DNA of 64,000 nucleotides, taken from the NCBI RefSeq assembly GCF_002105155.1, contig NW_019028993.1, positions 620,001 through 684,000 on the forward strand, read 5' to 3'. Positions 50,523 to 63,000 of this stretch are shown here, in pieces. A program made the position numbers and the translations under genes. Within the stretch, counting starts at the first letter, position 1; each line of letters begins with the position of its first letter. The DNA comes from Lobosporangium transversale. Its lineage: Eukaryota. A model generated the notes under the pieces. It saw only the letters and a list, made by a program, of their open reading frames with translations. It was not told where the DNA came from and made no database searches.

Positions 50523-51109
50523 CCTTTCACTTATTTCTTTCATTACCAATTGTCTCGCGAGCACTAGCACGTCCACCACCGGATGAGGCCTTCAATCCAT
50601 ATTTGAGCAAATAGGTCCAATCAGCGTGAGAAGGACGAGGGTACAGATCCGTCTCAGTGTAATCATGAGGACGCTGATCCTGATTCGGGACTGTCAATCC
50701 AATCGGTGTTCCCAATGTGTGTCCAAATTCTGTACCAGACAAAATCGTTACCCTATCCTTCTCATCACGCTATTTGGGAAAGACACACACATACACAAAA
50801 AAAAAAAAGTTAATAATCATGATAACAATAATGAGGAAAAGATAATCATAGAACGCATTGATATAAGATACAGGATATAAGGTATAGTGTATAAGATATA
50901 AGGCATAAGATATAATGTAATATGAGGATTGATCTTCTTACAGGAGTGGTGAGATTGCTTTGTCCAGGGCGTCGGCGAGTTAGTTGAGGCTGGATATCAT
51001 CCTCAGTCAAGGCAAGTCCAGGTGGACATCCATCGATGATACAACCAACGCCTTTACAGTGTGACTCTCCAAAGGTTGTAACACGGAAGTGGGTTCCAAA
51101 AGTTGACAT
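49221..51109 (-). CDS. ARO2: Chorismate synthase
   Basis: [63 protein letters not shown] and [11 protein letters not shown]. Four GT-AG introns. Confidence 0.97.
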
Positions 51110-51449
51110 TGTTAATTTTTTCCTTTGAAAAGAAAGAATGAAAAGAGATTTCAACAATGAATGAATGAGTCAAAAGAAAAAAGATAAAGAGGGCACTTGT
51201 TCAGAAGAATTAAGTGTAAACAGTCACATTCACATTCCATTTCATCGAGTCATATGCGCCACAGCCCCCTCCAACAATTGACTGGCCTTCAATTACACTT
51301 TCTCAAAAAAGAATTTGCTGCGCAAAAAAAGGGAGACGAGCGCCTGTTGCAATCTGTTCCAATATCTATGGGTTCATATTATTTTACTTTTATATGCTCT
51401 TGTTTTTCTACATCTTTCTTTCTTTCTTTCTTGTTTTGTTTTGATTATT

Positions 51450-53701
51450 CTATACCGAAAAGTTGCCAAGGAGCTCCGGTACCTGAACTTCGCCCTTGTT
51501 GATCTTCTCCAAAGTCTTGATCAGATCAAAATTAATCTTTTCGGACACAACCGAATCCTTCTTATAATCAGGATGGTTCTGTACAAATTGACGGATCCAT
51601 GAGGCTGCTGTCATCAATGTTCCATTCGCACGCTTCTTGATCAATTCAAGATATTTGCTAATCTCACATCGTGTCTCAATATCAATGTTCAATGTGTTCA
51701 AATAATTGTTGACTAATCCCAGCAGTCCAGGGAATCCCTTTGCTGGATTGCCATTGATGATCTCATCAATCGTCATCAGTTCATACTCATTATCCACTCC
51801 TGCGGAAGGTTGTTGTTGGTGATGGTGATGGTGGCTACTGTTGCTGTTGTCTGTATGGGCTGGATCCTGTTCGTTGATAGTTGTCATATGAGGTACTGTC
51901 GCATGGGTTACACGGGGTGATCCAGAAGGGGTTCCTGAAGCTGGTGTGCTAGGTCGCGACTGAGGGAAAATTTGTTTACGGAAATGGAACTTTTCTTGAA
52001 GAACGGCGTTTCTATGATGGGCGACCTTCATGTTCTCATCAACCTAACAACAAGTTAAATTAAAATTAGAATATTGTTTAAAAATGTATCTAACCATAAC
52101 CATACCTTATTGTCCCATTAAACAAAACAAAAAACAAAAAAACAAAAAAAAAAAAAAAAAAAAAAAAAATTACCTTGGAAATAGGAATATAAAAGTTGGT
52201 GTTGAAGCTTAGTACAGCACGGGTGACCAAGACAATGAAGATCGCAAAGGCTGCATTCTCAAAATCTGTCAACTGAATCTCCATTGAGCGGAACTCGACA
52301 CGCCAACCAATAGGACTGGTCTTTGAAGGTGGGGGTTTGAAACGCATGGTTTGCCAATTGGTACTCTGTAAATTCTCGAAATGGTCTGTGCTCTCGTTAT
52401 CGTCCACATTCAACAACTCATGGAAAATCACCAAGGGATCACGGATGAAGAGATGTGAGATATGGCGAGCCAAGAGATCATCAATGCCATTGTCGGAAAG
52501 CTTTTTGTAAATGTCCTCGTCGTAGACCAAGGGTATGTCGTTGTACTCAGGCTTGTAGCTGGGGTCATTAGAGATGTACGAGTCTATCGAATCATAACGT
52601 GATTTGGGGATCCTGTACTTGTTTTCTTTGAGAGGCTATTAATATCAAAAAAGTAACAAATAAATAAATAAATAGACAAATAAACAAAAACAAGTCGAGG
52701 TGATATGAATAAAAAAAGATGTGAGATGGTGCAGAAATGGTGCCATTTGACGTTCCACATGGACAAATAAAAAAGATTTTGGTAAAGGAGTACAGTAAAG
52801 AATGCAATAAAAGTCCATGTGTCACACACAGCATTGATCAAGTAAAGCCCTTTTTTTTTTTTTCCTCTCTTTCTTTTCCGAGATCAGGCGGAGTTTTTTT
52901 TTTTTTTTTTTTTTTTTACCTTGAGTCCACGCTCTTCTTCGGTTCTGTCATCTACGGATTGAGCAATCACATTCCATCTACAATCAACATCACTCAAATA
53001 TCCACGATAAATGGGAGCAGCAGCTGTCAAGGCCAACATGATGGGGCCCAATGGCGCCATTTGATCATAGATCTTGCGTGCCTCATCGACATTGACCGCC
53101 TGAAATGTGATCTGTAGACAACAACATCCCATGCCAAAAGCCATAGCGTCCATGTAAATATGATCTGGTTTGGCAGCTCCTTCTTCAATCGCATTCTTAT
53201 CCTCGGGATAGTCATTAAAAGTTGGGATAGTAGGATCGATAAAAGGTTTTGGAGTATTGACATCGTGGAAAATAGGCATATTGATTGCAACTTTGGATCC
53301 ACGGCGACGGCGAATATTGGCGGTTAAAGTTCTGGGAACATTAAGAAAAAAAATAAAATAAAAACATAAAAAGTTTAAACATTGCGCAGCATCCAATGAG
53401 TTTACTAATTATTAAAGAGAAGCAACTCACAGCGTGTATCCATTTTTTTTTTATAAAAAAAAAAAAAAAAACTTACGGGAATCGAGCGTGAGCATTAATG
53501 ATATCATCTGGGACAAAGAGACTGCGAGCAGCTGGACCATGTGGCTCATGATGGGGCTCAAGGAATTCTCCAGCACATCCAAGACGGGGATAAGATGTCA
53601 GTGTTACAGGGACCTCATTTGGCTTCATGAGCGAACGGGCCAGTTCACGTCTAAAATAAAGCAAATAGTTGTGGCAAGCAACAAGGTAATAAAGATTATG
53701 A

Positions 53702-53736
<35 letters not shown>

Positions 53737-54374
53737 AAAGCCATGATTCTAATCCTGACGGAGACTAAAAAGTTTTTTTTATCGATGCTTAAATACCGAA
53801 GTTTCATATTCCGTTCGACAGCCAACAGATCGCGAGGAAGTCCCATGTAGGGTTCGCCAGGAGTACCCTCCAACATGTAGCGACCGTATTCAGGATGCCA
53901 TGATGAGTCGACTAGCAATCTGAATGCAAGCATATAGTATAAAGCATAAAATTAAAGTAGAAAGGTAAACCCAAAAAGACGTGTGTCAGCAGGGTCATTG
54001 ATGATCATTGATGATCATTGAAGTACATGTAGTATACATGGATATGGATATGGATATGGATATAAAGGAGAGAGAAACGAGATGGCATTGTTGAATTACC
54101 TTTTGGCAGGATCGGTCATGGCTTCTTCCTCCTGTATGGCCAAATGCTGTAGGATCTCCCAGACACGCAAGCTGAGCTTGGCTCGCTGATTCTCCTCATC
54201 GAGACTGACAACGATATACTCGATCTCATCACCCCAGAGAAGACAATCCTTTTGTGAATCCTTGGTAGCCTCCCAGAGGTTCAGGAACTGGATGATACCA
54301 TGGGTTCGGACGTGGTCAGCATACTTCTTGGCCTCGTCCCAAGGCATGGGTGTTCCGAGTGATAAGAGACCCAT
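51450..54374 (-). CDS. GSH1: Glutamate-cysteine ligase catalytic subunit
   Basis: [74 protein letters not shown] and GWRVEFR. Multiple GT-AG introns. Confidence 0.97.
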
Positions 54375-55569
54375 TGTATGATGACTGTGACTATTTTAAA
54401 AAGAATATGAATATGGAAGAGAGAAAGAAAAAGAAAATAAAATAAAAGACAAGAGCCGTAAAAAGGTATAGATACAAGTGAAGGATTGAAAAGGTCGAAT
54501 GAATGAGTGAATGCGGAGGGGAATGAACGATCGAATGAAAGAATGAAAGATAAAAAGAATGAAAAAATGAAAGAAGAGGAAGAGAGTAAAAGACAAAATA
54601 ACTTTGAAATGAGTTTTATTTTTTCTGCCAATAGGAAAAGGGGTGCTGAAGGATGCATTAGTAATTGACCAGAAAATTTTTTCGATCAATTGACCTATTA
54701 GAGTTTTTTGGCACTGTAACAACGTCGAGCCAACGCAAGCTGCACGCGTACAGCAATACAACAATACAACAATACAACAAACAACAATCTTGTTCTCTTG
54801 AAGATGGGCCCTGGGAAACTTGTACATGTACATGTACATGTAAATAAGTAAGAAAAAAAAAAAAAAAAAAAAAGTCTAAATAAATGTTTTATAAACAGTA
54901 ATAGATCCCCTTTGTTAGATGACAACAGTAATCAAGAACAAGATAATGATTTGATTTCAGCCCCTTCTGGGAAACGCAACCGGACAACTTTTTTTTTTTT
55001 TTTTTTTTTTTGATTATAAAGCAAAACCAAAGCCGAGCTGCGCAAAGCAAGGGAAGGTTGCAATTGACGCTAGAGATAGCGTGTGATGGCGTTGACATGT
55101 ATGATGATCAGTCCAATAATATTTTTTTTTTTTTAAGTCTCCTTTGAGAGCCATGGCCTATCAGAGAGTCGGTCTATTATGATCGACGCATGTTCTCATG
55201 TTCTGCATAAAATAATCTATAATGGATTATGATGCCAAATCCAGTCCTTTTTCCATTTAAGGGTATTATGTTTCATGTCTGTGCGTACAAGACATGTGTC
55301 CGTTTTGTGGCTTTTACTCCGACACTTGTCCTGAAATTTGAATTGACATCAAATCCATCGAAATTTTAACAATGTCATCATGGCATGCTAAAGATCTCTT
55401 TCTTTCTTCTTTATTTCACGCCTTCATTCCTCCATACATTCATATACACAATAAAACAATAAAACCTACAATACACAGAGTAGACTTACCCTCTCCCCTG
55501 ACTAAAACTGAGAAAAATAACGGCACATTCGCATTTTCAAAGGTTCATTCCTGCTTGCTCACTTTCAAA

Positions 55570-58500
55570 ATGACAAACAACAACGAAAAGATTTTATCCA
55601 ATTTCACCTGCATGGATTTGGAACAAAGCACCAGTCAGACGAAGCCAACCAATTCAAGTACTCGCACTGGATCCACTCGTGCAACACCGAGGAGAAAAAG
55701 AGTTATTCTGACTGACGAAACGACTCCAGAGCCTTCACCAGTGGCACAGACTGCTAGAGTTAGTGCAAAGTCTTTTAAGCGCCCTAGGCGTTGTGAGGCT
55801 GATTCTTTATCCTCAAATGTCCTTCACTCCGGTCCATTGACAGAAGAAGAGCTGGCCCTGGCGAACGCACGGAAGGAGTCGGCGAGAAGTGTGCTGCAGA
55901 TGATTTTAGATGATCCAGATTCATCGACGACAGTGAATCAATATAAGACACAGCTCCGGCTGTGGGAGGTATGTTGGATCATCAAAATGTCGCTATGAGC
56001 TATCTCAGACAGGCTATCAAACTAGACGACTTGGCTAATTCTCTTTTTTGTTTTTAGCAATACTGCAATGAAAATTATCAAGGTGACTGTAGCGTCGATG
56101 CGAAACGCATGCTTGAATACTTCACAACGGTTGTCTTCAAGCGAACAGTAAAGCGATTGATCGGCACAGATCGTTGCTACCGTGGCGCTATTGGGTATGC
56201 CCAGCAGGGTGGAGGAGATTCTTCGAATTCTCAGGCTGGGGAAGACGCAGTCTATGAGGGAGAAGAGATCGACGAATTAGTCGAGGCAGATATCGACGAA
56301 CATGAACTAAGCGACATGGAGCAGAGACTGGAGACATTAGATAACAGCGAGCAAGTTGATGACGACGACGGCCAAAGCATAGACCAAGGTCAACAACAGG
56401 GACAGGGTCAGAGACAGGGTCAGGAACAGGGTCAGGAACAGGGTCAGGATCAGGATCAGGAACGGAGACAGGGTCAGGGGCAGGGGCAGGGACAGGAACA
56501 AGGACAGGAACAGGAACAGGAACAGGAACAAGGACAGGAACAGGAACAGGATGAAGATCTGGAGCTTCAGCTGAGGTCATTGGCACAGAGAGGTAAGAAG
56601 GCTCCTCCCTCCTGGGATAATATGGAGCCACCTGAAGGAGTCGACCCACATCAATGGCAGATTGATATAGCATTGAATGATGAGGAGCGAGCATCACATG
56701 AAGCTGTAACTGTTGGGGGTTCAAGCAAGAACATCACGCCGAAGCGGAAGACTGCAGCCGTTATCAGGACTGAAAATGAAAGAGAACAAGGTATGTAAAG
56801 ATAACCATGTATTAATATATAAATTGTTATACAGTACTGGGATCCAAACCTTTGGGAAGGCTCCGCCATCACGCGTACCCCAGGTGACAAGACACCATGG
56901 CCGCAACTCAGTGTTAATTATCAATATAAATAGCCTACTAAATTATGACTTAATAAACCATTCCTTAATCCTGCATCCACCTTAATGTATCTTTGATTGT
57001 TACAATTTACACTAATGGTTGATACTTTTTATTATATATACAATTTTTTTTTTTTTTTTTTTTTTTGGATATACTTTTGCGTTTGTAGTTATCCTGCAAG
57101 CACCAGAGGACAAACATGGCAGCAAAATTGTCTTTGTTCCTCTCACGCTGGGGACAGTCGCAAATGTTAAGAAGGCTTTGCAATACTTATGGAGGCAACA
57201 GTCTTCTTCGACAGCTCCGTATCCCAATCCCGCCCCAAACCCAAGAACGGATGTACCACTAGCGGAGGCGATCAAAAATTATGGAGAGAAACTTGTCCAT
57301 CACAAAGTAACGACAGGCACCTTATCTCGCACTGCCACCTGTGCCGTACGAGAACCTTACAACACTAAAATGTACCTGCGTATGTTGGCCTTTACATGGC
57401 GCATGCTTCCGACGGTTGGAGTAAGCGGCAGGCGACCTTACGACAGTGTTACAAGATTTCAGTATATGAGGGAGAGGCTATGCCTCCTTGCACGCCATCA
57501 TATGTTGCTGCGGGATGAGGACATCCGAAACTTGAACCTGGCTAACACATTCAATATTCAGACCCGTCACCCCGCGCCAGGGTCAAAGCTGGCGTCGGGG
57601 CTTGTCTTCTGCATCACACGTGGAAAGACAAACCATAAAGGTGTCGAACTCTATGCGACAGCTTATCGACATAAGCTGTTCTTAAGGTGCACCGTGGGCG
57701 GGTTTGCATTTTATATGCTAGAACGGTTCCAGGTAAATGATGCCGTCAGTCTTGACGCGAGCGTATGATTTTTTCTCATTCAATTACACGAAGTGACATA
57801 TATCCTTATTTTTTTTTTTTTCCCTATTGTAGGTGTTCAAGGAGCCTCTTCCCAATTTTGCGGACCCTGACGAGTGGTACAGCATCAAGGTGCTAACAGG
57901 GGGTGGAACAAGCCAAGAACGGTTAGAGAACCGAAAGGAAGCGCTTGTTGGCCGAACCCAAATGAGCACTACGGCGGCTGTAATGCGTGCCTGCGACGTG
58001 CATTCGGCCAAAATTACGCACTCTGGCCGACATGCAGGGGTCTCGGAAGCCTACGAAAGAGGCTTAAGCCTGGACGATATTCGCCACTTGGGAAGGTGGG
58101 TCATGGGGCAAATGGAGAACTTCTATGCTCCAAAAAACCCAACCAGGGGCGCTTTTTGTATGGCTCAGTTTGGACCGAATGAGCCTTACTTTATCGAGCG
58201 TGATTTGGTCACCCCGCCCTTAGAGCTCCAGCGTCTGGTCTTTCCTTGGATTGAGGAAAATTTTGATAAACATATGCCGGAGAGAGCTGACTCCTGGAGA
58301 GAGGAGTGCACCAAAGAAATGCTGGGGGTCGATCCAAATGTCCCGACAGACGAAGACATTTTTTGGACGCCAATCGAGAAGAAGACGAGCTCGAAACGAT
58401 TGACCCGTGCCTTCAGCACTGACTCCCTTGTTACACGCATTGGGTTCCTCAAACTTCTTGTGCGTATGAGGCGAGTAATCCTTCAGGATGCAGTGCTCTT

Positions 58501-59485
58501 TTTGAAGCCGAACGACAAGGGGAAAATGTTGGAGAACAAACTCCTCGAATCGTTACCAGAAATCTTTGGTTGCCAGCTCTTTCTGGATTTCCAACATCAA
58601 TTGCTTCGGGCCATCGACGTACATCGCCGACAAGCAGGCATCATCCAAGCGGATGTGCCAGTTAATGCGCAAACTATGGTAAGCGCCATTAACACGTTGT
58701 CGGTAGAGGCGCGGGTCTTTCATCAACTCCAGCATGAGACGGTCCAGAAGCTCGAGGCCCTATCCACCCTTGTGACAGAGCAACAGGAGCAACAGAGGCA
58801 GCAACAGGAGCAACAGAGGCAGCAACAGGAGCAAATCCACTTACTTCTCCAATCGCTGCAGCAGCAACAAAGCGCAAATGTGCGGCAGCCTTTTCCATAT
58901 CATGTGCAGTCTTGCCCGCCCTTTGTGTTTAATCCTTCTCCATTGGCGCCAGCACAGAGCCGCCTAGCTTCTTTTCCTTCGGTTCCTCAGGCTCCTACTA
59001 CGCAGGGCCTATATCAAGCTCGCCAGGCCGCTCCACCGCAACAGCAGCCATTATTTTCCAACCAATTGCCACCATGTCCTCAGCAACAGCATCCATATCA
59101 ACATAGCCATGTGCAGGCTCCAATGACCTCAGAGCAGACACAACGATTGCCGGAAGATGAAAGGTATAAAGGCTACCTCATGAAAGGCGATGGCAAGCAA
59201 TTGACGGTCAGGGAAGCATGGGATGAATTCCGTGGGCCCGTTGCTCAGGCAAAGCAGGAAAATCACAAATGGCCATTCACAGAGGCGCGTCACAAGGCAT
59301 TCAGGCGCAGGCGTCAATTTTTCGATCTGATAAAGAATATTGCCGAAAAACAGAAGCGAGACTTCGAAGAGGTAGTAGACGCACTGACAGCTCAGTACAA
59401 GGGTCGGACAATCAATTCCATTCGACTAGAGCTTCTGAAAGACACCGGGAATGACGAAGGCTGCCACCAAGATGCGGACGAGTAG
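55570..59485 (+). CDS. Crypton tyrosine recombinase (Ndc10 domain II-like YR + C-terminal GCR1_C-like DNA-binding domain), ~1142 aa, 4 exons
   Basis: Exons 55570-55968, 56058-56790, 57089-57732 and 57833-59485 splice in frame with GT-AG introns. Catalytic set: R (HMLLRDED), K (RGKTN), HxxR (THSGR), W (LGRW), Y (MENFY). Also FLKLLVRMRRVILQDAV and a C-terminal TVREAWDEF...W...FRRRR. Confidence 0.9.
56385..56550 (+). repeat. Coding microsatellite (CAGGAA/CAGGGT)n encoding a QGQE tract
   Basis: 6-bp units are visible directly; the same tract occurs in copy 2 (61229-61394). Confidence 0.9.
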
Positions 59486-59917
59486 ATGAGTAAGGGTAAT
59501 TTTTTTTTTCTTTTTTTATATATATATACATATATATATATCCTCGGATACAAATTTAAGCAATAAAGCACAAAGTAGTGATGGTGTCGGAAATACCAAG
59601 ACATGAACTGAGCTACAAGAAGCAGAAAACTGTTGGCTGCATCCTTGAGCCAAAAGAGGCTGAGAAAATACAATGTACAAGCAACCCATTGTCGTGAAAT
59701 TTGTGATATTCCAAGGTGTTTAGCATAAGTATCATCCAGGAAAAAGCATTATCGTCAACATTATTAACAAGACAAAACACCATCAAAGCACTATCAAAGC
59801 ATTTTTGACTCGACTCGGCTACCAACGCACTATAACAGAAATAATTGAATACTTCATCAATATAAAAACTGTCATGTTTAATCATTAACACTGTCTCTAC
59901 CATAAAAAGATTTTGTC

Positions 59918-59968
59918 TATTTCGCTTCACAAATCCATTTTGTGGAAAAAGATTTGTGAAGCGAAATA
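59918..59968. repeat. Perfect 18-bp inverted repeat near the Crypton right end
   Basis: TATTTCGCTTCACAAATC (59918-59935), a 15-bp spacer, then GATTTGTGAAGCGAAATA (59951-59968). Confidence 0.9.
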
Positions 59969-60045
59969 TAAAAATTTTGTGACTTGGTATCCTTCTGTGT
60001 CCACCTGTGTCCGCCTGTGTCCATCTGAATGGACACAGGTGAGCA

Positions 60046-60084
60046 ATTTCGTTTCACAATCTATAATGGATTATGATGCCAAAT
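60046..60084. other. Putative tyrosine-recombinase crossover site (attP/circle-junction-like) at the copy1/copy2 junction
   Basis: ATTTCGTTTCACAATC - TATAATG - GATTATGATGCCAAAT: 16-bp inverted arms (12/16 complementary) around a 7-bp spacer, located exactly at the repeat boundary. Confidence 0.7.
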
Positions 60085-63000
60085 CCAGTCCTTTTTCCAT
60101 TTAAGGGTATTATGTTTCATGTCTGTGCGTACAAGACATGTGTCCGTTTTGTGGCTTTTACTCCGACACTTGTCCTGAAATTTGAATTGACATCAAATCC
60201 ATCGAAATTTTAACAATGTCATCATGGCATGCTAAAGATCTCTTTCTTTCTTCTTTATTTCACGCCTTCATTCCTCCATACATTCATATACACAATAAAA
60301 CAATAAAACCTACAATACACAGAGTAGACTTACCCTCTCCCCTGACTAAAACTGAGAAAAATAACGGCACATTCGCATTTTCAAAGGTTCATTCCTGCTT
60401 GCTCACTTTCAAAATGACAAACAACAACGAAAAGATTTTATCCAATTTCACCTGCATGGATTTGGAACAAAGCACCAGTCAGACGAAGCCAACCAATTCA
60501 AGTACTCGCACTGGATCCACTCGTGCAACACCGAGGAGAAAAAGAGTTATTCTGACTGACGAAACGACTCCAGAGCCTTCACCAGTGGCACAGACTGCTA
60601 GAGTTAGTGCAAAGTCTTTTAAGCGCCCTAGGCGTTGTGAGGCTGATTCTTTATCCTCAAATGTCCTTCACTCCGGTCCATTGACAGAAGAAGAGCTGGC
60701 CCTGGCGAACGCACGGAAGGAGTCGGCGAGAAGTGTGCTGCAGATGATTTTAGATGATCCAGATTCATCGACGACAGTGAATCAATATAAGACACAGCTC
60801 CGGCTGTGGGAGGTATGTTGGATCATCAAAATGTCGCTATGAGCTATCTCAGACAGGCTATCAAACTAGACGACTTGGCTAATTCTCTTTTTTGTTTTTA
60901 GCAATACTGCAATGAAAATTATCAAGGTGACTGTAGCGTCGATGCGAAACGCATGCTTGAATACTTCACAACGGTTGTCTTCAAGCGAACAGTAAAGCGA
61001 TTGATCGGCACAGATCGTTGCTACCGTGGCGCTATTGGGTATGCCCAGCAGGGTGGAGGAGATTCTTCGAATTCTCAGGCTGGGGAAGACGCAGTCTATG
61101 AGGGAGAAGAGATCGACGAATTAGTCGAGGCAGATATCGACGAACATGAACTAAGCGACATGGAGCAGAGACTGGAGACATTAGATAACAGCGAGCAAGT
61201 TGATGACGACGACGGCCAAAGCATAGACCAAGGTCAACAACAGGGACAGGGTCAGAGACAGGGTCAGGAACAGGGTCAGGAACAGGGTCAGGATCAGGAT
61301 CAGGAACGGAGACAGGGTCAGGGGCAGGGGCAGGGACAGGAACAAGGACAGGAACAGGAACAGGAACAGGAACAAGGACAGGAACAGGAACAGGATGAAG
61401 ATCTGGAGCTTCAGCTGAGGTCATTGGCACAGAGAGGTAAGAAGGCTCCTCCCTCCTGGGATAATATGGAGCCACCTGAAGGAGTCGACCCACATCAATG
61501 GCAGATTGATATAGCATTGAATGATGAGGAGCGAGCATCACATGAAGCTGTAACTGTTGGGGGTTCAAGCAAGAACATCACGCCGAAGCGGAAGACTGCA
61601 GCCGTTATCAGGACTGAAAATGAAAGAGAACAAGGTATGTAAAGATAACCATGTATTAATATATAAATTGTTATACAGTACTGGGATCCAAACCTTTGGG
61701 AAGGCTCCGCCATCACGCGTACCCCAGGTGACAAGACACCATGGCCGCAACTCAGTGTTAATTATCAATATAAATAGCCTACTAAATTATGACTTAATAA
61801 ACCATTCCTTAATCCTGCATCCACCTTAATGTATCTTTGATTGTTACAATTTACACTAATGGTTGATACTTTTTATTATATATACAATTTTTTTTTTTTT
61901 TTTTTTTTTTTGGATATACTTTTGCGTTTGTAGTTATCCTGCAAGCACCAGAGGACAAACATGGCAGCAAAATTGTCTTTGTTCCTCTCACGCTGGGGAC
62001 AGTCGCAAATGTTAAGAAGGCTTTGCAATACTTATGGAGGCAACAGTCTTCTTCGACAGCTCCGTATCCCAATCCCGCCCCAAACCCAAGAACGGATGTA
62101 CCACTAGCGGAGGCGATCAAAAATTATGGAGAGAAACTTGTCCATCACAAAGTAACGACAGGCACCTTATCTCGCACTGCCACCTGTGCCGTACGAGAAC
62201 CTTACAACACTAAAATGTACCTGCGTATGTTGGCCTTTACATGGCGCATGCTTCCGACGGTTGGAGTAAGCGGCAGGCGACCTTACGACAGTGTTACAAG
62301 ATTTCAGTATATGAGGGAGAGGCTATGCCTCCTTGCACGCCATCATATGTTGCTGCGGGATGAGGACATCCGAAACTTGAACCTGGCTAACACATTCAAT
62401 ATTCAGACCCGTCACCCCGCGCCAGGGTCAAAGCTGGCGTCGGGGCTTGTCTTCTGCATCACACGTGGAAAGACAAACCATAAAGGTGTCGAACTCTATG
62501 CGACAGCTTATCGACATAAGCTGTTCTTAAGGTGCACCGTGGGCGGGTTTGCATTTTATATGCTAGAACGGTTCCAGGTAAATGATGCCGTCAGTCTTGA
62601 CGCGAGCGTATGATTTTTTCTCATTCAATTACACGAAGTGACATATATCCTTATTTTTTTTTTTTTCCCTATTGTAGGTGTTCAAGGAGCCTCTTCCCAA
62701 TTTTGCGGACCCTGACGAGTGGTACAGCATCAAGGTGCTAACAGGGGGTGGAACAAGCCAAGAACGGTTAGAGAACCGAAAGGAAGCGCTTGTTGGCCGA
62801 ACCCAAATGAGCACTACGGCGGCTGTAATGCGTGCCTGCGACGTGCATTCGGCCAAAATTACGCACTCTGGCCGACATGCAGGGGTCTCGGAAGCCTACG
62901 AAAGAGGCTTAAGCCTGGACGATATTCGCCACTTGGGAAGGTGGGTCATGGGGCAAATGGAGAACTTCTATGCTCCAAAAAACCCAACCAGGGGCGCTTT

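Larger units (their letters stand above)
55214..60057 (+). mobile_element. Crypton (tyrosine-recombinase DNA transposon), copy 1 of a tandem array, 4844-bp unit
   Basis: Sequence from 55214 repeats at 60058 (offset 4844). It encodes a single YR gene and has no long TIRs or LTRs. Confidence 0.9.

Noticed and set aside
100..55140. Many poly-Lys/poly-Phe ORFs in the ORF track
   Set aside because: They are translations of poly(A)/poly(T) tracts in introns and intergenic DNA, not genes.
55372..55569. Upstream ATG extending Crypton exon 1 (MSSWHAKD...)
   Set aside because: AT-rich, promoter/UTR-like composition; ATG 55570 (CAAAATG) is the more plausible start. Not proven.
56188..56724. Antisense 178-aa PV/PD-repeat ORF
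   Set aside because: Shadow of the coding microsatellite on the + strand.
55570..59485. Domesticated kinetochore NDC10 or GCR1 gene
   Set aside because: Intact catalytic residues, exact tandem duplication and a recombination-site-like boundary favour a mobile Crypton.
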